Shown: in pieces, positions 10,445-20,911 of the stretch
How the letters are laid out: the number at the start of each line of letters is the position of its first letter
Position numbering within the stretch: position 1 is the stretch's first letter
Source: a phage
Sequence record: NC_100327.1
Length of the DNA: 64,000 nucleotides
Reading direction: 5' to 3' (one strand)
Notes under the pieces: model-generated
Databases searched by the model: none
The model's input: only the letters and a program-made list of their open reading frames with translations
What the model was told of the DNA's origin: nothing
Translations under genes and position numbers: made by a program

Positions 10445-11122
10445 TTAGTGCGGTCCACTTGTCTCGCCATCAGGGCAAGAGTGGGTATGACCTTTATATT
10501 CTGCATAGAATGAATCCAAATCCACGCCAGCAGCAGTTATAATTCTACCAGATGGGTCTATTGTAGCACCATTCATTCTGATATTCCCATCCACAGCAGC
10601 TCGCAAATTGGCAGCCCCGTTAGTGAAAGAAAACTCCCCGCTGCTGTCGCACCGTAATGTCCCACCAGGTGTTTGAAGCTCAAAATCGCCAGAAGGTGTC
10701 AGTTTAAAATAAACCCTATCATTCCATAACTCTACATTATCAGGATCGATCTGTAAGGCGTTTGAGTCTGAATGAACAGAGGTGATTGCCCACCCTGGAA
10801 ACAGGCCGTGAGTTTGTTGATCGTCGTTATTGTTTTCATTTCTCTCTGAAAACTGCAATCCTACAACATCTCCAGCCTTAATAGGGAGTGTTAACCTTGC
10901 CTTTCCGCTGTTTGCAGACATCACCTGAATTGGAACGTCATAGATAAGAGGGTATCTCTCCACATCTCCGTCATCAAACGTAGTTTCAGCTATTGGCTGC
11001 ACGGCTGCAGAAGGTATACTGTAGTCAACACTGACAACTCTGGCCCTGATACTGGTGTGGTAGTCCCTCATTATTTTTTCTATAAAGGATCTTACAGCAG
11101 CATCTTTCCTATTTATTGCCAT
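10445..11122 (-). CDS. hypothetical baseplate/spike-like protein
   Basis: 225-aa ORF with C-terminal HTHS..PDG motif; comparable in size to myovirus spike proteins. Confidence 0.3.
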   Translation of the reverse strand: MAINRKDAAVRSFIEKIMRDYHTSIRARVVSVDYSIPSAAVQPIAETTFDDGDVERYPLIYDVPIQVMSANSGKARLTLPIKAGDVVGLQFSERNENNNDDQQTHGLFPGWAITSVHSDSNALQIDPDNVELWNDRVYFKLTPSGDFELQTPGGTLRCDSSGEFSFTNGAANLRAAVDGNIRMNGATIDPSGRIITAAGVDLDSFYAEYKGHTHSCPDGETSGPH

Positions 11123-12126
11123 TATACCTCCTCAGTTTTGTCAACAACTCCACCCACTGTTTCCCCAAGGCCAAGCTCTGTAGTGTAATCACCTCCTTCT
11201 ATGGTGCCCTTATGATGCACCGTGATCACCTTATAGAATCCTGTATATTGCTTGCTTTTAAGGTAAATGGTGGACTCTGGGAGGATAGCTCCGTTAAGGC
11301 ATGTGGTTACAGTAAGGCCAACATCCTCTCTCGGGTTTTTCTTTTTCTTTTTAGATGTCGAACCACCTTTGGCAGCAGCTTTAGCTTTTCGTTTTTTAGC
11401 AGGTTCTGGATTTTTAGGGGTAGGAGATCCGTGCATCCCAGACTCTGCACTTATTTCAAACACAGAGTCTTTGAACCTTTTTCCAACCTTGGTCCAATAC
11501 AAAGCCCCATCCTGAACGCTAAATGTTGAGTTAGTCAGCCTTGCAAACCTGCGGAGGTTCTCTGCAGTGTTTCCAGAGAAAGCCATAGAGTATTGCAAAG
11601 TCTGGTTTCCAAAACCAACAACCCTACCTTTTGGCAAGTTCATATCCTTCAGTAGATCATTAAGCACAGAGTTCAGAGGTGTGCCTTTCTGATAAGATCT
11701 TGTGCTTTGGCACTTAATGATGTTCTCAGTACCATCCCCAAAGATGAACTTAGTTTTTCTGGTCGGACCTTCCCATCTGTCTTCAACAAACTCCACAGTT
11801 CCGGAGAATATCAACTGGTTCTCATTATCATAGCCAGCTTCAAACATAACTGCAAGGGCATCAGCCTGATGCATATCCAAATAGTTAACTGTATCGTCAG
11901 ATAGGTTGTAAACTGTCACATAACCTTTGTTTGGCTCTTTGGTATTGTCCTTTTGTATGTCAAACTCTATATTGGCAGCACCAGTGTCCGAGCTAACTTC
12001 ATAAACTCCGGAATCACTCTCCCCTTTCTTTTCAACAGATTTTGGGATATTGGTTTTTGATTTGCCGCCATGTTCTACAGGACGACCAAACAATAATCGC
12101 CATGTTCTACGTCTGTACTCTGCCAT
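11122..12126 (-). CDS. hypothetical baseplate hub-like protein with Lys-rich tract
   Basis: 334-aa ORF; KKRKAKAAAKGG..KKKKK low-complexity segment; position after the tape measure. Confidence 0.3.
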   Translation of the reverse strand: MAEYRRRTWRLLFGRPVEHGGKSKTNIPKSVEKKGESDSGVYEVSSDTGAANIEFDIQKDNTKEPNKGYVTVYNLSDDTVNYLDMHQADALAVMFEAGYDNENQLIFSGTVEFVEDRWEGPTRKTKFIFGDGTENIIKCQSTRSYQKGTPLNSVLNDLLKDMNLPKGRVVGFGNQTLQYSMAFSGNTAENLRRFARLTNSTFSVQDGALYWTKVGKRFKDSVFEISAESGMHGSPTPKNPEPAKKRKAKAAAKGGSTSKKKKKNPREDVGLTVTTCLNGAILPESTIYLKSKQYTGFYKVITVHHKGTIEGGDYTTELGLGETVGGVVDKTEEV

Positions 12127-12506
12127 TATTCTAACCCTTGCTGTTCCTTGTAAAGATCAACCGGGGTGCCGTATACAAGTTGTAGCTCAGATCTCGCCCC
12201 AAGGTTATATCTTCCAACCCTGCCCCAATATTGATCGTCTTTAAACGACAGCGCCATCAGTCTACCTTTCGGTAAATCATCTCTGTAATGCAGTCCGTCT
12301 AAAATATCTTGACAAGCTGTTACTTTTCTAGTTACTAAAGGGCTGTCACCTACTGGACCAAGAGATAACCACCAGGACTCATCCCTCTCATTCCATTGCA
12401 TACGCATTTCATACGTTTCGTTGTCTAAAACAACACGCATGGTTTGGTCAGGAAAGCCGTCAATGTCCCACACAAAGGTTATTATGCACCAATCTTTAAG
12501 CTCCAT
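12126..12506 (-). CDS. hypothetical tail protein
   Basis: 126-aa ORF overlapping its neighbour, tail module. Confidence 0.3.
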   Translation of the reverse strand: MELKDWCIITFVWDIDGFPDQTMRVVLDNETYEMRMQWNERDESWWLSLGPVGDSPLVTRKVTACQDILDGLHYRDDLPKGRLMALSFKDDQYWGRVGRYNLGARSELQLVYGTPVDLYKEQQGLE

Positions 12507-12518
12507 TATACGCTCCCC

Positions 12519-13430
12519 TTATTTCCCGTTAACTTTGTTGTAGTTTCCCTGCTCAGATGGGACTATGGTAGAAGGTCTTCCATATTCCTGATAATACCAA
12601 TCCGCAGCCGATTGGGTAACACCGTTTTCATCTGTCCACATCATAGACTTGTATGGCTGCCACTCCTCTGCAGCGTTTGTGGATGCAGTGTCTGCGAATG
12701 CTCCTGTGTCCCTCTTGTTACCTACGTTACTACCATTCTTACAGTCGTTGACAGCACCTTTTTGCTGGGTTTTGCCTACTTTCTTAGGATTGCTGTATAC
12801 AGTTGCATTAACAACCTTATTCAAGTAGAATGTGCGGAACTCTGTAAGCTCTACATCAAACACCATTGCAGCGCCTTCACCAACAGACTTGTTGGCAGAA
12901 AGACTGGTTATGATGTAGTTCTCAAGAAGTCTCTCCTCGGTAACCAAAGAAACCAACTGTCGCTTATTGATAATCTCAGTCAAAGCCTCCAATGCAGCGC
13001 CTGGTCGCATAGATGCTGCAGGGTTTTTAGAGTCAGTATTCCTGTCAATGTAGTTTTGCTCATAAATTATGTGTGGGGATGTATTTACCCTACCAGTAAA
13101 AGAAAATACACCATCTTTAATTACAGCGTGGTCTGACAGGGTAGATTTATCTTCCACCGCAAACCCAGTCTTATCAACAGAATGTTTGAAAGAGTAATTC
13201 TCAACCTGATCGAAGATAATGGCAAGATCGTTAGTAAAGTTTTTACCCTTCATCTCCGTATTGCGACCGCCATAGTTAAGACCGCTGACAAACATAGTGT
13301 ACTTTACATCGCTTTCAGTTTGCTGCTCTGCCTTTTCAGCCTTTGGAGATTTAACCTCTTGAGGCTTGTACAGGTCTTTTTCATCAACTATATTGCTTGG
13401 CATAACCTCTCCAGGACACTCCGATACCAT
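12519..13430 (-). CDS. hypothetical tail protein (post-tape-measure)
   Basis: 303-aa ORF directly downstream of the tape measure gene. Confidence 0.3.
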   Translation of the reverse strand: MVSECPGEVMPSNIVDEKDLYKPQEVKSPKAEKAEQQTESDVKYTMFVSGLNYGGRNTEMKGKNFTNDLAIIFDQVENYSFKHSVDKTGFAVEDKSTLSDHAVIKDGVFSFTGRVNTSPHIIYEQNYIDRNTDSKNPAASMRPGAALEALTEIINKRQLVSLVTEERLLENYIITSLSANKSVGEGAAMVFDVELTEFRTFYLNKVVNATVYSNPKKVGKTQQKGAVNDCKNGSNVGNKRDTGAFADTASTNAAEEWQPYKSMMWTDENGVTQSAADWYYQEYGRPSTIVPSEQGNYNKVNGK

Positions 13431-13467
13431 CTAGATATTGTATCATAAAATAGCCGTTTTTACAACA

Positions 13468-13496
13468 CCGATAAAATAAAGGGGGCCGGAGCCCCC
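13468..13496 (-). terminator. rho-independent terminator candidate after the tape measure gene
   Basis: Hairpin gggggc-cgga-gccccc (13481-13496) followed on the minus strand by a U-rich tract. Confidence 0.5.
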
Positions 13497-13507
13497 TGCA
13501 CAGTTTA

Positions 13508-15844
13508 TTACCAAAGGTCGGTAGACATGAAGTTGATATCTTTATTGTTCTCCCACTCAAGTTTTGCATCAAATATTTTGTTAAACTCACCCTCATCTAT
13601 TGAAATCGTGATTTTCCCATCACTGATCTCTAAAGGTAGCATTTCCATAGTTCTTAATTGAGAAGCAAAACCAGGGCCACCCGGCAACGGAAGAGTCCCG
13701 CCCGGTAAGGTGTCCAAAGGATTAACAAACCCGTTACCTCCCGATATGATATCTTTGCGAATCATATCGCTGATAGTATCCAGCTGCTGATTTCTTTCAC
13801 TTAGTGGGTTGTAACGGTCATTAAATAATTCCCCGGCGCTTAGTATTGTACCGATAATGCCCAGCTTACCGAGCAGACCAACTTTGCCACCAGGTGTCTT
13901 GAGGCCACCTCCACCTTTTCCTGCCGGAGCTCCACCACCAGATCCTTCTGTAGTAGCGGCACCCGCTGCTCCAGCTGCACCTCTTAGAGAGTTAAGGAAT
14001 TTAAAGGTTTTTACAAGCATGGATGCCATGACAAAACCTTTTGTTAGGGCGTTGACTACCAGCATGATGGCAGCAGCAAACCCTGCCCATTTAGCATAGC
14101 TAAAGGTGTCATGAAGCTCTTCAGAATATTCCTTCGTCTTAGCTGTTATGAATCCCCATTTAATCCCCCATTCAAGGAAAAACATGCGGATCTTGACTAT
14201 AGTGTTGTTTAGTTCACCAACTACCCAGTTAAGGCCTCTCACAAACCCGCTAACAAAATCACCAGAGGCATCCCACACAAATTGCAGAGTCTCACCCGTG
14301 CGGATCAGTGTATAATAGAACTCTGTTAGTTCGTCAGACCAACGGGTGAACAGTTTCTGACGAGTCAGTTCGATGAAGGTTTTCAGTCTGTTTTCTGCCA
14401 GCACGTTAGACTTCTGCATTCTTTCATAACCAGCTGCAGATGCCTCGTTCATGTACTTAGCCACATACTTCATGATCTTGGCTGTTTTAACCTCACCTTT
14501 CTTCATCATGTCCATGAACTGATCCATGGAGAGTTCAGAAAGACCAAAAGCCTCTTTGGTGGCCTTGATAAAAGGTTCGTATGCACCAGGCAATGCTTCA
14601 GCAAGTTGTTGCTTCAGTTCTTCGGACATTACTTGTCCTTTCCCAAGCATCTGTTGGATTGCCATAATACCGCGCTGGTATTTTACCTCATCGGCACCAT
14701 AAGCAGCAGCATACTGTGAGTATGCAGAAAACAGCTCATGCACTTCCTGATTTGTCATCTGGTTTTTGGCGTTTACCGACATCTGGGCGTAACCTTGAAG
14801 ACCAGATTTGAGATCAAAACCAAGACGCATAGCCTCTTGCTGGACAAACGCAACCTCACTGTTGGCTTTGTTTGGATCTCCAGTAACAGCAGTAAGAGCA
14901 GCACTTGCCCCCTCCATCATGTGACCGGATCTGTTAACCGCAGCAAATCCAGAAAAAGCTGTATACGCAGCTGTTGCATTAATAACAGATCTACGTAAGT
15001 CTCTCATGGCATCGCCTAGTGTAAGCGTTTGGCTGGTGGCGCTTTTAAACCCAGACTGCAGCGCTGACAGGTGGGCGTTAAAGGTTGACTTCTTCATCTC
15101 CCCGCGAGCAAACCTGGACTCTAACTCTGAGTATCCTGGCAAGCTTCCACGGAATCCGGCCCCATACTTGGCAGAAAGTCTTATCGCGGAGTTGTAGAGG
15201 TGGGTTCTCCTTGCCTCACGATCCGACATAAGCCTATTATCCATACCAGCTTTACTGTCTCTTCTTAGCTGTCTATGATAACGATTCATAGCGGCTGTCT
15301 GAGCTTTCACAAGGTTAGGGTCGGAAGCTACACCACCCATATTAGGGTTACCGGGGATATATTTGAAAGCTTTGGCATTAGCCAGAACTCTTGCCTTAGG
15401 TGCCTTATAACCGCCGTAAGACACTGGTGCAGATTTGGCAGCCTTTTTGGCCTCTTTAGCTTGCTGCTGGTAGAACTTACGCATCCTAGCCATTTCTGGA
15501 TTTTTAGCGGTAAGATTACCTACAGCTTGTTTACGTCTCGCATTCTCCCTACGTTCTATTGCAGCCCTTACTGCAGCCTCTTTCTTGGCCTGTGCTACGC
15601 TCTCTCTGTGCAGTTTAGCATTTGCCTGAGATTGCTGTCTGGCAACCCTCTGCATTGTCTGCTGGGTTTTAACAGCTACCGCCTGCCATCTACTCATGGG
15701 GTTGGCTGAGTTAAAATCCTCGCCCAGTTTCCTGAACTCCCTCCCAATACTGCGAATTTTCTCTACAGCTTTTTTGTAGGAGGAGTTCTCTATCTCAAAG
15801 CCAATCTTGTTGACTGTTGTGGCAACTATTTTGTTTGTAGCCAT
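13508..15844 (-). CDS. tail tape measure protein
   Basis: 778 aa, downstream of a chaperone pair with a frameshift site; long helical/charged regions and a Gly/Ala-rich block (AAGAAGAATTEGSGGGAPAGKGGGG). Confidence 0.7.
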   Translation of the reverse strand: MATNKIVATTVNKIGFEIENSSYKKAVEKIRSIGREFRKLGEDFNSANPMSRWQAVAVKTQQTMQRVARQQSQANAKLHRESVAQAKKEAAVRAAIERRENARRKQAVGNLTAKNPEMARMRKFYQQQAKEAKKAAKSAPVSYGGYKAPKARVLANAKAFKYIPGNPNMGGVASDPNLVKAQTAAMNRYHRQLRRDSKAGMDNRLMSDREARRTHLYNSAIRLSAKYGAGFRGSLPGYSELESRFARGEMKKSTFNAHLSALQSGFKSATSQTLTLGDAMRDLRRSVINATAAYTAFSGFAAVNRSGHMMEGASAALTAVTGDPNKANSEVAFVQQEAMRLGFDLKSGLQGYAQMSVNAKNQMTNQEVHELFSAYSQYAAAYGADEVKYQRGIMAIQQMLGKGQVMSEELKQQLAEALPGAYEPFIKATKEAFGLSELSMDQFMDMMKKGEVKTAKIMKYVAKYMNEASAAGYERMQKSNVLAENRLKTFIELTRQKLFTRWSDELTEFYYTLIRTGETLQFVWDASGDFVSGFVRGLNWVVGELNNTIVKIRMFFLEWGIKWGFITAKTKEYSEELHDTFSYAKWAGFAAAIMLVVNALTKGFVMASMLVKTFKFLNSLRGAAGAAGAATTEGSGGGAPAGKGGGGLKTPGGKVGLLGKLGIIGTILSAGELFNDRYNPLSERNQQLDTISDMIRKDIISGGNGFVNPLDTLPGGTLPLPGGPGFASQLRTMEMLPLEISDGKITISIDEGEFNKIFDAKLEWENNKDINFMSTDLW

Positions 15845-15898
15845 GGTTTCCTCATAATAAAAAGGGCCAGATCCCAGAAAAGGAATCCGGCCCTTAGA

Positions 15899-16147
15899 TT
15901 ATCCTCTCCTGCGCTTAGCTTTCGCAGCAGCTGCGGCAGCCTTCTGCTCCCGCTCCATTTCCCTGTTTTGGACGGTATCTAGGAATTCTTCGATATCAAG
16001 ATACTCACAGAGCTTCAGGAAATACGCCATATCTGCAAGATTTAGCGATTCAAAATTTTCCCCTTTGAAATTCTTGAGCACCCTACACCAAAGAAAGTCG
16101 AACCAGTTGAGTGAACTGTTCTTGGCTGCCCACTCACTGGCCCTCAC
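15899..16147 (-). CDS. tail assembly chaperone, -1 frameshift extension (T-like part of a G/GT pair)
   Basis: Frame is -1 relative to the upstream chaperone and stays open back to the slippery site near 16258-16264. Confidence 0.5.
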   Translation of the reverse strand: MRASEWAAKNSSLNWFDFLWCRVLKNFKGENFESLNLADMAYFLKLCEYLDIEEFLDTVQNREMEREQKAAAAAAKAKRRRG

Positions 16148-16158
16148 AACAACCTTGC

Positions 16159-16632
16159 TTATTCCTGCTCTTCCGGAGTCTGATCCAGGTTGTTCACCTG
16201 CTGAATCATACCCATCTGCTGTAACATCTCCAGAAGGCTTCCTAAACCGTCTTGTGTGAAAAAACAGCCGTAGTTAACCTCCAGAACCTTACCTGCCAGC
16301 TTAATCATCTCCAGCAGATGCCCTGCAAACACAACATCTGGGTTAAGCTTATCCACACCATCTACGGTAATATCTTCGAACAAGATTTTAAATAACTCTT
16401 CAATAGAGCTATCATCAAGTTCTTGGAACAGGTAAGCCAGAGCAGTAGGAAGGACCTCTGCCATATTCTGACCACCAGAGATAATAGATCCACCGATAGC
16501 ACCTAGCGGGACAGCCACAATCTTACCGATTTTAGGCATGTTTTTCATTGCTTTCATCGGTCCCCAGTGGGTGATCACAAAGTTGTGCCCTGCTAAATCA
16601 ATCTCTGTTGTAGGTCTAAAGTTTATAGCCAT
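16159..16632 (-). CDS. tail assembly chaperone (G-like)
   Basis: 157-aa acidic protein between tube and tape measure; contains a U_UUU_UUC slippery heptamer about 35 codons before its stop. Confidence 0.5.
   Translation of the reverse strand: MAINFRPTTEIDLAGHNFVITHWGPMKAMKNMPKIGKIVAVPLGAIGGSIISGGQNMAEVLPTALAYLFQELDDSSIEELFKILFEDITVDGVDKLNPDVVFAGHLLEMIKLAGKVLEVNYGCFFTQDGLGSLLEMLQQMGMIQQVNNLDQTPEEQE
16258..16264 (-). promoter_or_regulatory. candidate -1 programmed ribosomal frameshift slippery site (T_TTT_TTC on the minus strand)
   Basis: Heptamer in the G frame (codons tgt ttt ttc); the -1 frame has no stop from here through the 15899..16147 ORF. Confidence 0.5.
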
Positions 16633-16744
16633 TTTATAGCATCCTTATTAGTCATGTTGTGCACCATATTTGTGTATTTTACCATGATTATGGTGCATTG
16701 TCAATTTAACCTTTCAAGCAATTCAAGAACGTGTGTCAAAACCA

Positions 16745-16778
16745 TAAAAGCAAAAAGCCCCACCCGAAGGTGAGGCTT
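16745..16778 (-). terminator. rho-independent terminator candidate after the tube gene
   Basis: Imperfect GC hairpin (aagccccacc cgaa ggtgaggctt) followed on the minus strand by a U-tract. Confidence 0.45.
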
Positions 16779-16794
16779 ATGCTAAAGTGTGCCC

Positions 16795-17268
16795 TTAGAT
16801 AATACCTGCAAGACCTGCGAGGCCAGTAAGAGCACCAGTGATGTTATCACGGTTGAGCCATGCATCCAGAATACCGATATCCCAGTCCAGCTGACCTACT
16901 TCGGTTCCGTAAGTCAGGTCAGGCTGTTTCTGGATCCAACCAATTGTGGAAATACCAGGACCCTGGCTACCTTCCAGCAGAACTGGGAAGAATACCAGAC
17001 CAGTAATCGATGCCTGTTTCTGCCAGTCAGAAAGGTAAGCGTTCCATACAGAAGTGTTCTGCAAAGATACAGTCATAACACCAGATTGGTTACGAGACAG
17101 GGCCGCAGACATTTCGCCATCCACACCGACGTGAGGGTAGATGTTGTCTTCGTTTCTTGAAACAACGATCTTGGTGTCAGCAGCGAAGCCAGTGACACGC
17201 TGCTGCATCAGGTACAGTTTGACCTTTTTAGGGTCATACGCATAAGGAGTTAAAATTTGAGTTTCCAT
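16795..17268 (-). CDS. tail tube protein (contractile-tail type)
   Basis: 157-aa ORF directly downstream of a 458-aa ORF and upstream of the chaperones and tape measure (sheath-tube-chaperone-TMP order). Confidence 0.45.
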   Translation of the reverse strand: METQILTPYAYDPKKVKLYLMQQRVTGFAADTKIVVSRNEDNIYPHVGVDGEMSAALSRNQSGVMTVSLQNTSVWNAYLSDWQKQASITGLVFFPVLLEGSQGPGISTIGWIQKQPDLTYGTEVGQLDWDIGILDAWLNRDNITGALTGLAGLAGII

Positions 17269-17278
17269 CTAGTCTTCC

Positions 17279-18655
17279 TTATTCAGTCATTGCAACAGCA
17301 TTGGTGGATTTAGAACCAACTTTGTCCAGAAGAACGTTGATCCGGATACGAACGAAGTGCAGGGCGTTGTTATACACCAGTTCCACTTTCACACCTTCCA
17401 GAACACGAGCAGCCAACTGATTGGTTGGGATTTCTGCACGTTTAGGAACTGTGATGATCGGGTCGTAGAATACATTATTGTCTTCGTCGAAACCTGTCAG
17501 GATCGCACCATTCTTAATGCCAGTGTTGATTGGGTTGTTCATCAGGACAGACTTGATAACCGGAAGATCATCATCAGACATCTTCATGCTTAAACCCATG
17601 TTGGAGCGACGATGCATGTACCCAAACATAGATTCTTCAGATCTGAACTTGATCCAGTGTGCAAAACGAATAGCGTCTGCATACTGACCTGAAGCACACT
17701 TACCTTCCCAGAAAGCGCCAACACCGTTAATCATTCTGTAGAAGTTAACGTGGTTTTCCCAAATAGCCATACGCTGAGTTAAAGTCAGAGACGGTGCAAT
17801 CACACCTGGCATCTGTTTTAAGTGCAAGCTGTCGCCGTAAGACGGATCGTTGGATGCCATAGCACCTATGATACCACCCTCCGGGAAGTCCTTATCTGCG
17901 CGAGGATCGTACATGCCGACACTGTCATATTGTGCAGCTTTCAGTTTGGTGGCGATGTTATTATCTTTACCAGTCACATCTTCTGCAGTAGAGTAGACGT
18001 GCAGCTTGTAGTTGGCCTGAGCCCACTTAGCACATGCTTCAATGTCGGTGTGGTCTTCATGGCACAGGAAGTACCAATTGTCCCGCTCAGCATTGATCTT
18101 ATCAACTACTGTAGAAGGTTTTTCAGCATTGGCGATATTTTTAATTGTATAGTTACCAGTATGATAACCTACAGTGCAGTCACCAGTGATGGTGATAACA
18201 CCGTCTTCAGCCGCTACAGTGATATCGTCCAAGTTATCATCTGCTTCGATTTTAGTCTTCATGGACTCTGCGATCTGAGTTGCAGCTGTCCCACCAGAGA
18301 TAGGAACTATCAAAGAGGTATTGTAGCCACCTTTTGCAATAGTCATTACTACATCGGTATCAGCTGCGGCAGCAATACCTTTAAAATCTACAGTGGTTTT
18401 TTCTTTGGCCTGTCTGCCGATCATAACATATTGTGGAGGGAATACACCACCAAAAGCTTTTGCTGCAAACTCATACGCTGCAGAGCCTTGTGCGAAACCA
18501 TCTTCCACCATCTGATCCAGCTCCGCATATACGCGAGCTCGCTCAGTAAAGTTGTTGTGGATAGCGATGAACAGGGGAGTTTCGAAACCTACAGTGTCAA
18601 TAGGTTGGGTTCCGAGGTTAACTGTAACATCTACCACTTTATCTAAATATGGCAT
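17279..18655 (-). CDS. tail sheath protein
   Basis: 458 aa, immediately upstream of the tube gene; assignment by size and gene order only. Confidence 0.45.
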   Translation of the reverse strand: MPYLDKVVDVTVNLGTQPIDTVGFETPLFIAIHNNFTERARVYAELDQMVEDGFAQGSAAYEFAAKAFGGVFPPQYVMIGRQAKEKTTVDFKGIAAAADTDVVMTIAKGGYNTSLIVPISGGTAATQIAESMKTKIEADDNLDDITVAAEDGVITITGDCTVGYHTGNYTIKNIANAEKPSTVVDKINAERDNWYFLCHEDHTDIEACAKWAQANYKLHVYSTAEDVTGKDNNIATKLKAAQYDSVGMYDPRADKDFPEGGIIGAMASNDPSYGDSLHLKQMPGVIAPSLTLTQRMAIWENHVNFYRMINGVGAFWEGKCASGQYADAIRFAHWIKFRSEESMFGYMHRRSNMGLSMKMSDDDLPVIKSVLMNNPINTGIKNGAILTGFDEDNNVFYDPIITVPKRAEIPTNQLAARVLEGVKVELVYNNALHFVRIRINVLLDKVGSKSTNAVAMTE

Positions 18656-18727
18656 TTGTTTCCTCTTAATATCTGTGCACGGATATCAAACACGCAGTGT
18701 AATCATTACACTACACAATTATAACGA

Positions 18728-19279
18728 TTACTGACCACTGTCTGTAACCGATTTATCAGAATTGGGTGAAGGGAAGTGTGTGGTTATTTCAGCCTTAATT
18801 CCCTGAAGATCCTCAAAAGCCCCAATGTCTGTCTCAACAAACCTTACGTTAAATGTCAGCATTACCGTGGCTCTATTTTCATACGTCTGCTTATTCAACG
18901 GCACTCTTTGAGGTGAGATTGTTGAATTGTTAGAGTAGGCAAAGCACGATCCCAGAGGGAAATACTTGTCATAAAACATTGGAAGGTTTATTGCTTGCAA
19001 TACTCTGCTAAGTGCAGCATATGCCCTGCCGCGATAAGCTGTTAACAGATAAGTAACAGTGTAACTGTGGGTGACGTAAGCATTACCTTCCGCATCTTGA
19101 AACTCATTATCTTCCCAAGTGGTGGGATTGATCGCCAGGGTTTGCAAAAGTACAAACTCACCTTCCGGCTTCGGTATGGTAGAGCTTTCTGCCAGAACTA
19201 CAGTTCTTCCTGTGGCAACCTTGACAAGCTTAGCGATGGTTGTTTCAAGATCAGAAAAAACTTTTTCGAAAGCTTCCAT
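18728..19279 (-). CDS. hypothetical virion protein (head-tail joining or tail completion region)
   Basis: 183-aa ORF between capsid and sheath genes. Confidence 0.3.
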   Translation of the reverse strand: MEAFEKVFSDLETTIAKLVKVATGRTVVLAESSTIPKPEGEFVLLQTLAINPTTWEDNEFQDAEGNAYVTHSYTVTYLLTAYRGRAYAALSRVLQAINLPMFYDKYFPLGSCFAYSNNSTISPQRVPLNKQTYENRATVMLTFNVRFVETDIGAFEDLQGIKAEITTHFPSPNSDKSVTDSGQ

Positions 19280-19704
19280 CAGTTTTCTCCTTCAGGCTCT
19301 TCTACCACAAAAAATCTATATCTTCCACCACCAGACGTGACATAAGCATCACATTTTAAAACGGTAAACCACTTCAGGTCACCACGGATGTCGGGCAGTT
19401 GAATTTGATCAGCCATTGCATATGTTCCTTCGTCTGGACTATACAACTTGGTTGAGGAGTAAACTGTAAAAGCCTCGTACTGTCTGTCACCCTCAGGATT
19501 TATCTGGGAGGAGTAATCTTTAGCTGCCCTTCCTGTCAACGGCTGCACAACACACTCTAAGACATCAAACTCTTCATACTCAAGTTCTAACCCCTCGTTA
19601 GCAAAAGGACCACCAACTGTTTTGTTATACACTCTGTGGCGACCTTTGAATGTTTTACGGGGTATTAGCCTGTTCTTTCCTATCAGCTTATAACCTGCTG
19701 CCAC
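19279..19704 (-). CDS. hypothetical virion protein
   Basis: 141-aa ORF, stop/start coupled to neighbours. Confidence 0.3.
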   Translation of the reverse strand: MAAGYKLIGKNRLIPRKTFKGRHRVYNKTVGGPFANEGLELEYEEFDVLECVVQPLTGRAAKDYSSQINPEGDRQYEAFTVYSSTKLYSPDEGTYAMADQIQLPDIRGDLKWFTVLKCDAYVTSGGGRYRFFVVEEPEGEN

Positions 19705-19713
19705 TCAACCCCC

Positions 19714-20190
19714 TTATTTTTGCTGTCCAATTTTAAAGGTTGCAGATTCCAGCAGCACATCGTAATGCCGCATAGCCTCGTTGAAGCCCTTCTCTTGTGC
19801 CCACTGCTCACTAACAGTAGGGTTACTAAACTGACCAGCCTCAATAACAAACTGGATAGCTTTGGCCCCTGTGTCCCCCATCTGCTTAAGAATAGCCTCT
19901 GCACTTGATCCTCTAGCCATAGCTCTCAACAATTTTTCTGTCAAGGTCTGTAGTTGAGTGCTGTGAAATGCAAAAGCTGTCTCCATGAAATTGCGAACAG
20001 GCAGCCCGTTCCAACCGAAGTTGTGAATGGCTGCCAATGTTGCCATATTTAAGCCTGACGGGTGAGGTTCGTCATAAAAGCCGTAGGTTATTGTTTTACT
20101 TTCAAGTCTCACAAGTTCTTTGTAGAAGCGATCTAAACGCTTTAGGTTGAACCTTGTTTGACATTTAACCTTTAGCATTATATCCCTCAC
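19714..20190 (-). CDS. hypothetical virion protein
   Basis: 158-aa ORF in the head-tail connector region. Confidence 0.3.
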   Translation of the reverse strand: MRDIMLKVKCQTRFNLKRLDRFYKELVRLESKTITYGFYDEPHPSGLNMATLAAIHNFGWNGLPVRNFMETAFAFHSTQLQTLTEKLLRAMARGSSAEAILKQMGDTGAKAIQFVIEAGQFSNPTVSEQWAQEKGFNEAMRHYDVLLESATFKIGQQK

Positions 20191-20231
20191 TAATGTATTT
20201 TACCACAAAGATACATCAAAAGCAACAATTT

Positions 20232-20909
20232 TTAAAAACTGCGTTTGCGTCTTGGGTGGCGAGGAGGTTGGTTATTTAGACCGCTGATAGGTGTAATCCC
20301 CTGGACATCGAACGGTCCGTTGCTGTTTTCATTAAATTTAACCCGAATTCCTTCGTCTACACGAACACCACCAATGATAATCATTCTGCTGTAAGCATCT
20401 AGCTCAGAATCTACATAGTCTGGGTGTGCCAGCAGCCAATCAAGGAAATCCTTCCATTGGGCGTAGGAAGATCCACCACGAATCTCTATGGTCTCATCAC
20501 CTATTTTTTCCAGACGGGAAGTTATACTTGCATTACCGCTGGACACTTCCTGCATCATCAGCCACCGCACAAGCTGCACAAGCACATTGTACTTAAGTAG
20601 AGGTAGCTTATCAGGATCTGCCGGATAATTTAGTTTCAACTTCTCCATGTCAAGGAATGTTTTAATTACCTCATCAGGGAGGGTTTCCTCATCAACATTG
20701 CCAAGCAACAACCTCATAATATTAATAAGAGGTTGGTCTGGATCAGGTTCCGGAGGTACAGGATCTTCTTTTGGTGGTTCTTCTGGGGTATCGACTACAC
20801 CATCATGGTTAGGCGGTGACGGGATAATCTCTTCATCTTCATACCATGCCATTTGAAAATACCTCGTAAAAATAAAGCCCCATTCCTGATTTGGAAGGGG
20901 CCTTAACAA
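20232..20909 (-). CDS. hypothetical virion protein
   Basis: 225-aa ORF with an acidic Pro-rich N-terminal region. Confidence 0.3.
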   Translation of the reverse strand: MLRPLPNQEWGFIFTRYFQMAWYEDEEIIPSPPNHDGVVDTPEEPPKEDPVPPEPDPDQPLINIMRLLLGNVDEETLPDEVIKTFLDMEKLKLNYPADPDKLPLLKYNVLVQLVRWLMMQEVSSGNASITSRLEKIGDETIEIRGGSSYAQWKDFLDWLLAHPDYVDSELDAYSRMIIIGGVRVDEGIRVKFNENSNGPFDVQGITPISGLNNQPPRHPRRKRSF

Positions 20910-20911
20910 AA

